Virus record (IMG/VR): IMGVR_UViG_3300028585_000025
Location: 1 to 62,787 of that record
Direction: 5' to 3' (one strand)
Length of the DNA: 62,787 nucleotides
From: a virus
Taxonomy: Duplodnaviria; Caudoviricetes
Shown here: in pieces, positions 55,669 to 62,787 of the stretch
Position numbering within the stretch: the first letter of the stretch is position 1
How the letters are laid out: each line of letters begins with the position of its first letter
The notes under the pieces: model-generated
Database searches by the model: none
The model's input: the letters and a program-made list of their open reading frames with translations, nothing else
What the model was told of the DNA's origin: nothing
Made by a program: the position numbers and the translations under genes

Positions 55669-58600
55669 ATGATTCTTTATAATGCATTCTTTCGTCGTAC
55701 GGTGGTGCGTAAGAAAGAGCAGATCTTTGGACCACGCTTTCTCCAGCTCTCGCAGCTGGAGTTACCCCGTGGGGCATTGCTGCACTACATCCCAAGCGAC
55801 CTAACCGAATACGGGATTGAAAACAATGACATCTTAATCAACCGTTACTCTGAAGACATTTATGTCGATCACGTACTGAAGATTGAGACACCGCTTGGTA
55901 ATCCGCAACGCAAGCCTATCTCGTTGCTACCCAGTATCAAACGTTATCATAACTCGCATCGTCGCTTTAAATTGGTTCGTAACATCAATTCAGTGATTCG
56001 TAATCCACTGTACATGATCGTTGAGAACTACGCGATGGCGCAGCACCAGTTAGTGTATCGTCCTGCTATGTACTCCAACTACTACCGTTGGTACAACATG
56101 CAGTACACCGTGATGCACAACATGACGCGTTTGCAAGAATCCAGCGATCGTAATCAGTTCCTTTATTTACAGATTCCGGCATCACTACCACAGCTACAGC
56201 AGCTTAAGATCTACGAAGAGCGCTTGTCAGCAGGTCTGGATAAAGTACAAAACGGTACCGGCCTGGAAGACTTCACCGAGATCTCACCAGAAGCACGTAT
56301 CGGTTACGCTATGGAAGCGATGCTTGAGTATCAGGACAGTGCTGATCTCTCTGTGCCGATGGCACCTGATCAAGCGAACGCCTTCCAAACCATGGTGATG
56401 TGGGCAACGGATCAACAGGTTGACCTGGCAAACCGTATTCCTAATTACTATCGTGGTAATGCGGATTCAGTGCTGCGTGTCGGTATGGAAGCATTAGGTG
56501 CGTATGCCTCTAAGGTGATGAACTTCACCCCACAGCTCTCGATGGCTGTAATGAACCGTCTTCGCACACCTGCGGATTATTGGTTCATTCACTTCTGGAT
56601 GTGGATGGGCAATCACCGTGAAGCGTCACTCTTCTCCATGCTCGACCACAACAAACTCGACAAGATCCATCTGATCATCGGGAACGTAGGTGCTTATTCG
56701 ATTATCCGTCTGGATGTGCTGGATAAATGGCGCACCGAGATTATGGATAAGACCTCCAATCCAGAAGCTGCGGTTCAGAACTTCCGTAAACACTTACTGA
56801 AATTCTTGACCCGTTTGTTTGATGTGAAGAACGGTAACGAAACAGTTATTGAACATCTGGATGACGAGAGTGCACCCCATGAGGTTGTCGAAGTTGCGGA
56901 AGATGAGACAGAGACGCAAGGTGATGTGGTTTCAACACCATCAAGCACCAGTACCTTTGGTGTGGAAATTCCAACCCTGGAAGACGTCACCATTGTTTCT
57001 TCGCCTAAGCCTGATAAAGCAGCAAAAGGAAAAGACGTCGGCTCTGCCTTAAACGACGAACCGCCTGTTGATGCAACGGATGTGTACGAAGCCCGTACCC
57101 TGGCTGATGACATTGACGATGATGAGTTCAACCACGACGTTGAATCCCGTCGTGCTGATGAGGTGCTGTACCAGCCCAATGCGACTACTGCCGTGGAAGA
57201 TGGCGTGCTGCTGTATCTGGAACGTCTCACCGATGCAGGTGTATTAACAGCGGCTGAGTACAAACGCTTTAAACTGCTGGCCGAAGCATACAAAACAATC
57301 CCTAACCCAGTTGGCCCTGGTACGCTTGCCGATCTGATGGTTATCGATCCTTCTAAGGTGAGCGACATCGGTGGTCTTAACGCACCTGACTCAGTCAGCA
57401 TTATCGACAAGGGCCTGCTTAAGTCGTCTACCAAAGATTTTGATAAGAACTACATCAAACATCTCTTGGAAGCAGATGTGTTAAACGCGGTACTTTCTAT
57501 TCAGAACTCTGGCGTTGCGGTTATTGACTATCAGCGTGAAGAAAAGAAAGATGCGAAGAACCACTACGTCGTGTACACCGTGCAGGTTCAACCCGTCGGT
57601 GGTAAAGTCACCACCTTGCGTTTCCGCTTACCGAAGATGGCGGATGATGGCTCCACTGTGGTCAACGGGGTTAAGACACGGTTACGTAAACAACGTGTTG
57701 ATATCCCTATTCGTAAAGTCTCTGCTAGTCGCGTGTCACTGACAAGCTATTACGGCAAGCTCTTTATGATGCGCTCTGAACTTAGTGCGTACAACTACAG
57801 CGAATGGCTGGGGCGTCGCATTATTGCACTGTCCATCCAGAAAGATCCTGATGTTACCAAACTGGTACTCGGTCGTGCGTTTGACCCTAAGGTGCGTGTT
57901 CCTCATTTATACGCCATCTTGTCTCAGCGCTTCAAAGGCTTCCAGTTTATGGACTACGAATTCAACTTCAATCGTCGCGAGATGATCGCCTTCTTTGGTG
58001 ACGAGTTGGTTTCGAAGTATGCACAGAACCGTCTGGTTGTGTGTGGCGTCTGCGAAGATCAACCGCTGCTGATGGACGACAACGGTACACTCTACCTTGC
58101 TAAAGACGATACCTTATCTAACCTGGGTGATTTCGAAACCCTGATTGGTCTGGAGACGTCAAAGGCGCCGGTTGAGATCGTGACCCTTGGTATCTTTAAA
58201 CGTGCCGTACCGATTGGTTTAATCCTGGCGTATTACTACGGTTTGGGTAATCTAATCGAGCAGCTTAATCTGCAAGTGCGCACCGTTAACCGAGGTGAGC
58301 GTTACCAGCTGACGAAAGATGAACGTGTCGTGCTCTTTAATGACGAAGCGTTAATCTTTAACCGTACTGATCGTTTAGGCGCCATGCTCTTAAACGGTTT
58401 TAACATGTACGATAAAGAGGTCAGTCGTTTCTCTCGTTACGACTTTGACCGTAAGTCAGTTTATCTCAACGTACTGTCTTCAGCCGGTATGGGTGTGCGT
58501 TGGTTGCGTGAATTTGATCTGATGCGTGAAATGTACATCGATCCGATTACTCGTGACGAACTGCTTAAGATGAATGCGCCGATCAAATTTGATCTGTTGC

Positions 58601-60252
58601 TAATTCACGGTATGAAGATGCTGCTTAACGATCAGCATGCTCGTGAAACATCTTTCCGTGAACAACGTGTGCGTGGCGCTGAACGTTTATCGGGTGCGAT
58701 CTATTTGGAACTGGTACGCGCGATGCGTATCCAGAAAGCCCGAGCAACTTCGGCCAAGGTAGGATTGGAACTTCATCCAGATGCAGTATGGTTTGAATTG
58801 ATGAAGGACACCTCAAGCATTCCTGTTGAAGAGTGTAACCCAATCCATAACGTCAAAGACTCTGAAGTGATCACATATGGCGGTAGTGGTGGGCGTACTT
58901 CACGTTCCATGACTAAGCCATCGCGTGAATACATTCCTGATAACATCGGGATGATCTCAGAGGCATCTGTGGATAACGCTGACGTAGGCTATACGGCTTA
59001 CCTGTCGATGGACCCACTGATGACTGACCTGCGTGGTAACACTCAGGCGGCAACTGACGATACCAATCCAACGCATATCGTGTCGACTTCGGCGTTGTTA
59101 GCGCCGGCTGCTGACCGTGATTCACCGAACCGTACTAACTTCATCTCGATCCAACACTCACAAGGTATGTACGCCGATGGTTATCAGACCACGCCGTATC
59201 GTACTGGCGCTGAGCGTGTAATCGCGCACCGTGTGAGTAAGCTCTTTGCTTACGCCGCTGAAGAGGATGGTGTTATTGCTGAGATCTCTGCAAAACATTT
59301 GATTGCCGAATATAAGAGTCGTCGAGTGGGGGTAGAACTTGGTATCCGTTACGGTAGTGCATCGGGTACGGTATACGTGCATCCGATCATCACGGACATG
59401 GCGGTAGGTCAGACGTTCAAGAAAGGGGATGTTCTGGCGTGGAACCGAAATTACTTCGAACGTGATTTCATGGAACCGACGCAAGTCTCCTGGAAGGCAG
59501 GGGCGATGGTGCGTGTGGCGTTAATGGAGGAAGAGTTCACTTTCGAGGACTCCTCAGTTATTTCCCAGCGCACGGCAATGCGGTTAGGTACTCGTACGGC
59601 TAAGCCAATTGCGATTACCGTGGACTTCAATCAGGAAGTGCGTAACTTACTCCCAGTCGGCACAAAAGTTGACTCGGAAACTATTTTATGTACCCTGGAA
59701 GATCCAGTGACGGCGAACCTTGGGCAGTTTGACGATGAGTCATTTGACTCACTGCGCATTCTGGCTAACAAGAACCCGAAAGCGAAAGCTGTTGGTGACA
59801 TTGCCCGTATCGAAGTGACGTATCGTGGTAACATCGACGACATGTCAGAATCGTTAGGGATTATCGCTAACCGCTCAGACCGGGAACGCGCTAAACTCAA
59901 TCGTCAGTTAGGCAGTGATGCAGCCAATACCGGCGAGTGTTTAACACCCGTTCGTGTACAAGGCACGCCACTTGAACTTAACCAGGCTATCATCGAAGTC
60001 TATGTGATCACCCCAATGCCAACTCGTTCTGGCGATAAGGGTGTCTTCGCTAACCAGATGAAGTCAACGTTTGGTTCTATCATGCCCGATGGCATCACGA
60101 CGAAATCCGGTAAACGGCTGGATGCGAAGTTTAGTAACAAGAGTATCGCCAACCGTATGGTAACCTCTCCTTACGTCATGGGTGTGACAAACGTCCTCCT
60201 CGATACGATCACGCGTCGTTCCATTGAGATGTGGAAACGCCTTAAAGGTTAA
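55669..60252 (+). CDS. virion RNA polymerase beta subunit, N-terminal/middle part (phiKZ gp178-like)
   Basis: 1527 aa; T..G.GGR, D.PNR.NF..IQ, FEDS.VIS, GDK.VF.NQ.K. Confidence 0.9.
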   Translation: MILYNAFFRRTVVRKKEQIFGPRFLQLSQLELPRGALLHYIPSDLTEYGIENNDILINRYSEDIYVDHVLKIETPLGNPQRKPISLLPSIKRYHNSHRRFKLVRNINSVIRNPLYMIVENYAMAQHQLVYRPAMYSNYYRWYNMQYTVMHNMTRLQESSDRNQFLYLQIPASLPQLQQLKIYEERLSAGLDKVQNGTGLEDFTEISPEARIGYAMEAMLEYQDSADLSVPMAPDQANAFQTMVMWATDQQVDLANRIPNYYRGNADSVLRVGMEALGAYASKVMNFTPQLSMAVMNRLRTPADYWFIHFWMWMGNHREASLFSMLDHNKLDKIHLIIGNVGAYSIIRLDVLDKWRTEIMDKTSNPEAAVQNFRKHLLKFLTRLFDVKNGNETVIEHLDDESAPHEVVEVAEDETETQGDVVSTPSSTSTFGVEIPTLEDVTIVSSPKPDKAAKGKDVGSALNDEPPVDATDVYEARTLADDIDDDEFNHDVESRRADEVLYQPNATTAVEDGVLLYLERLTDAGVLTAAEYKRFKLLAEAYKTIPNPVGPGTLADLMVIDPSKVSDIGGLNAPDSVSIIDKGLLKSSTKDFDKNYIKHLLEADVLNAVLSIQNSGVAVIDYQREEKKDAKNHYVVYTVQVQPVGGKVTTLRFRLPKMADDGSTVVNGVKTRLRKQRVDIPIRKVSASRVSLTSYYGKLFMMRSELSAYNYSEWLGRRIIALSIQKDPDVTKLVLGRAFDPKVRVPHLYAILSQRFKGFQFMDYEFNFNRREMIAFFGDELVSKYAQNRLVVCGVCEDQPLLMDDNGTLYLAKDDTLSNLGDFETLIGLETSKAPVEIVTLGIFKRAVPIGLILAYYYGLGNLIEQLNLQVRTVNRGERYQLTKDERVVLFNDEALIFNRTDRLGAMLLNGFNMYDKEVSRFSRYDFDRKSVYLNVLSSAGMGVRWLREFDLMREMYIDPITRDELLKMNAPIKFDLLLIHGMKMLLNDQHARETSFREQRVRGAERLSGAIYLELVRAMRIQKARATSAKVGLELHPDAVWFELMKDTSSIPVEECNPIHNVKDSEVITYGGSGGRTSRSMTKPSREYIPDNIGMISEASVDNADVGYTAYLSMDPLMTDLRGNTQAATDDTNPTHIVSTSALLAPAADRDSPNRTNFISIQHSQGMYADGYQTTPYRTGAERVIAHRVSKLFAYAAEEDGVIAEISAKHLIAEYKSRRVGVELGIRYGSASGTVYVHPIITDMAVGQTFKKGDVLAWNRNYFERDFMEPTQVSWKAGAMVRVALMEEEFTFEDSSVISQRTAMRLGTRTAKPIAITVDFNQEVRNLLPVGTKVDSETILCTLEDPVTANLGQFDDESFDSLRILANKNPKAKAVGDIARIEVTYRGNIDDMSESLGIIANRSDRERAKLNRQLGSDAANTGECLTPVRVQGTPLELNQAIIEVYVITPMPTRSGDKGVFANQMKSTFGSIMPDGITTKSGKRLDAKFSNKSIANRMVTSPYVMGVTNVLLDTITRRSIEMWKRLKG

Positions 60253-60260
60253 AGGTAATA

Positions 60261-60977
60261 ATGATGAACAAAGACATTTTAGAAGTCCAGAAGATGCTAA
60301 TCGGTGGAGGCTTCAATGTCGGGAAAGCAGGAGCGGATGGTCTGTATGGACCGTCTACCCGTGAAGCCCTTCGTCAATGTATTGCCAAAGCAACAACCGG
60401 TGGGGCAGCAAGCCCCACCACCCCTATCATCACTTCAGGTGACGGGTATGACTTAGCCTGGAGTGCGAAAGTCACTCCAGAGTTTTGTCGTAAGGTTGAG
60501 CATATGTCGCAAGCATTGGGATTACCATCTGATGGCCCGAACAACTTCATGGCGTGCATGGCTTTCGAATCCGGCGAAACCTTCAGTCCTAGCATCCAGA
60601 ACCAAGGCGGTGCGCCTTATTATGGCTTGATCCAATTTGGTGATGCTGCAGCGATTGATTTAAAAACCACAACCGATGCACTGCGTAAAATGACAGCGTT
60701 CGATCAGCTCGATTACGTTTATGAGTTCTTCCGTCCTTACGCCGGAAAAATCAAAACACTCAGTGACATCTATATGCGTATTCTGTGGCCACGTGCTGTC
60801 GGTCAGCCAGAGTCGTACGAACTGTGGAACCAGACTACACGCCCAACCACTTATTTACAAAACCGCGGTTTGGACATCAATAAAGATGGTTCGATAACCA
60901 AAGCCGAGGCTGCGCAAATGGTACAGGCAAAATTGACCCGTGGCATGCAACCACAATTCCGTCGTAAGTTAACATAA
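60261..60977 (+). CDS. endolysin: peptidoglycan-binding domain + lytic transglycosylase-like domain
   Basis: VQKML...GF..G.ADGLYGPST..AL; MAFESGETFSP..YGLIQF. Confidence 0.8.
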   Translation: MMNKDILEVQKMLIGGGFNVGKAGADGLYGPSTREALRQCIAKATTGGAASPTTPIITSGDGYDLAWSAKVTPEFCRKVEHMSQALGLPSDGPNNFMACMAFESGETFSPSIQNQGGAPYYGLIQFGDAAAIDLKTTTDALRKMTAFDQLDYVYEFFRPYAGKIKTLSDIYMRILWPRAVGQPESYELWNQTTRPTTYLQNRGLDINKDGSITKAEAAQMVQAKLTRGMQPQFRRKLT

Positions 60978-61001
60978 GTTTTTATAAGTAAGGAGAGGTG
61001 T

Positions 61002-61202
61002 ATGTCACAGACAGCACTGTATGATAACGCGAATATCGTTGCGAATATCATCAGCGTAGCCGCGGCCGTTCACAAGAACGTTGCGGGAAATGAATTTGCA
61101 GCTTTATCAACGCCGAAAGACCCGGACGCAGTAAACTACCTGCTTGCGGCTAAACTGCGGGCGCGTATGGCTGCCATGATTGCGAATGGAGCCAATAAAT
61201 GA
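61002..61202 (+). CDS. small putative virion protein
   Basis: GGAGAGG RBS; overlap with next gene. Confidence 0.6.
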   Translation: MSQTALYDNANIVANIISVAAAVHKNVAGNEFAALSTPKDPDAVNYLLAAKLRARMAAMIANGANK

Positions 61203-62737
61203 TCAGATCATCTGAAGCAGCTGCCGGTGCTGAAGTTGCGCGATTACTGACAGGTGCCGGGGTTACCCTGGTCGCTTCGAACGGTACGCCGCTTGATGCA
61301 CTGCGCATGGCAACTGATATTGTCACACCAGTTAACGACGACAGTATTGAAACCACGCTGATCAACCGTACTAAATCGGTTCCGCTGGGTGGTACTAATG
61401 AAGATGGTTCTCCGCGTGAGATCCCTTCTGAACATGGCTGGGCGAAACAGCGTTTAGTTGAAGCGCTGACTGCTGGTGTGCAGAAGATTTCTGCTGCGGC
61501 AAAGAACACCGTCATCCCAACCATCAAGCTACTGCACGATCGTGTCGACCAGTATGTTGATACTAAGTCTGATCCTGCTAACGCCATGCCGGATATCAAC
61601 GTCTACGTTTATGACGATGTCTGGAACTCGCAAGTGATTGATGGGGTCGTCACTCATTATTCACAGGTTGGTCTGGTCGGTATGCCGTCTGTTGAGTTGC
61701 CATCATTAACCGATGAACAGCTCGCTGAACTGACGCACACAGGTTCTTCAGAGCTTGGTGCATTCGTTGGTCGTCAGCTGACCAAGAACCCGAATCTGGC
61801 ACGTGCTATTTACCAGATCTGGTTCCAAGGCGCGATGGTGTCTAACCAGGATGAGTTTGTTTATCTGAGCCGTGTATTACAGACCAACAATATCGATCGC
61901 TCTATCCAGGTGTTCGGTAATGATGCATTGGATACCCGTCGTGTGTATGAGCCGTTGGTTATGGCTTATCTGATGGCTGACAATCTGTATAACAACCCAA
62001 TCGCTAACAGTGGTATTCCAAGCGATCGTTATGCAATGATCATGTCTGCTTTCCGTGCGCACTTCGCTAAAGCGATTGAGCGTATCTATCGTACCCGTGT
62101 TGGTAACCTTGATCGTAAGATCATGATCATCAGCATGCCGGTTGTCGATGGCTGGCGCGTAACTGGTCTGTCAAACGAAACCCTGCTGTTGAACGGCGAC
62201 GTTTATCAGTGGTATCTGCAGGCTGGCGGCACTATCGAAAGTATCCTGGGTAACGTCTACGGCGAACGTTCTGTCAATGCACGTACTATCCTCGATGCTA
62301 AAGATCGTAACGAAACTGAATACGCTCGTGTTAACTCATTGATCAAATCGCTTGCGATCACCAATAAGCACACGCTGACTATTCAGGGTATCATGAACGC
62401 GGTGGATAACCACATCGTTAATGAAATCAGCGACGAGCGGTGGAAAACGATCTACGAGAAGTACAGCTATGACCAGACCAAAGCAGATGCGATCACGGAC
62501 ATCCGTTATTACATCTCTTCGCTGCAGTCTGTTCCTACCTACCAGGCGATCGACGACGTGCTGACCTATATCGTGGCAAACATGATCTACGGTCCGCTGA
62601 ACGTCTCTTCCTTCTTAAATGCAATGGCAAACTACCCGGACCAGACTCTGAGCCCGCGTGAGATTGCGTCGCACGTTGAGATGGATATCGTACTCGACAA
62701 CTTGCTGCAGATGACGTACTACTCCGGCACTCGCTAA
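61199..62737 (+). CDS. putative virion/head protein
   Basis: 512 aa; position after RNAP beta in phiKZ-like core. Confidence 0.65.
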   Translation: MIRSSEAAAGAEVARLLTGAGVTLVASNGTPLDALRMATDIVTPVNDDSIETTLINRTKSVPLGGTNEDGSPREIPSEHGWAKQRLVEALTAGVQKISAAAKNTVIPTIKLLHDRVDQYVDTKSDPANAMPDINVYVYDDVWNSQVIDGVVTHYSQVGLVGMPSVELPSLTDEQLAELTHTGSSELGAFVGRQLTKNPNLARAIYQIWFQGAMVSNQDEFVYLSRVLQTNNIDRSIQVFGNDALDTRRVYEPLVMAYLMADNLYNNPIANSGIPSDRYAMIMSAFRAHFAKAIERIYRTRVGNLDRKIMIISMPVVDGWRVTGLSNETLLLNGDVYQWYLQAGGTIESILGNVYGERSVNARTILDAKDRNETEYARVNSLIKSLAITNKHTLTIQGIMNAVDNHIVNEISDERWKTIYEKYSYDQTKADAITDIRYYISSLQSVPTYQAIDDVLTYIVANMIYGPLNVSSFLNAMANYPDQTLSPREIASHVEMDIVLDNLLQMTYYSGTR

Positions 62738-62754
62738 TCTAACAGGATGGAAAC

Positions 62755-62787
62755 ATGTACCTGTCTACATTAACACGCAACAAAGAC
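62755..62787 (+). CDS. start of next gene (truncated by window end)
   Basis: AGGA/GGA RBS then MYLSTLTRNKD. Confidence 0.45.
   Translation, partial: MYLSTLTRNKD

Noticed and set aside
54041-60252. Introns or inteins in RNAP genes
   Set aside because: ORFs are continuous; no intein C..HN ends or LAGLIDADG/HNH motifs seen
62760-62775. CTACATTAAC as an eighth early promoter
   Set aside because: Imperfect core, no downstream GTG, and it lies inside the next coding start
1-62787. CRISPR array or regularly spaced repeat array
   Set aside because: The repeated motifs are dispersed, short and tied to gene boundaries; no constant repeat-spacer period seen
1-62787. Stop-codon reassignment
   Set aside because: Standard code gives dense, full-length known genes ending in TAA, TGA and TAG

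Overview
This window is a segment of a phiKZ/SPN3US-like (Chimalliviridae-type, nucleus-forming) jumbo phage genome. The right part (about 31-62.8 kb) is the conserved core block: virion proteins, RNase H, UvsX recombinase, three split subunits of the virion multisubunit RNA polymerase, a 2230-aa tape-measure/lytic tail protein with a GH19 domain, and an endolysin. The left part (1-31 kb) is an accessory region of mostly + strand small ORFs: orphan HigA-like HTH, MazG-like protein, thymidine kinase, LamG protein, HslU-like ATPase, a stand-alone NAD-ligase domain Ia, a DHFR fusion, GNAT, Lar-like protein, an SF2 helicase and a cluster of small membrane proteins. The most notable items not shown by the ORF track are: (1) an unannotated 47-aa acidic peptide ending DCEGCKI that resembles a free ribonucleotide-reductase alpha C-terminal redox tail; (2) 14 GC-rich hairpins followed strand-specifically by a TATGCCG-type box, a candidate phage-RNAP terminator grammar; (3) seven copies of a CTA(C/T)AT(T/G)AC early-promoter motif; (4) an NAD+/ADP-ribose counter-defence toolkit; (5) two paralogous Cys-His-Asp enzymes; (6) prohead-protease-like motifs inside the RNAP beta subunit and the helicase tail. 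All calls come from motif recognition by eye and recalled synteny; no database searches were run.
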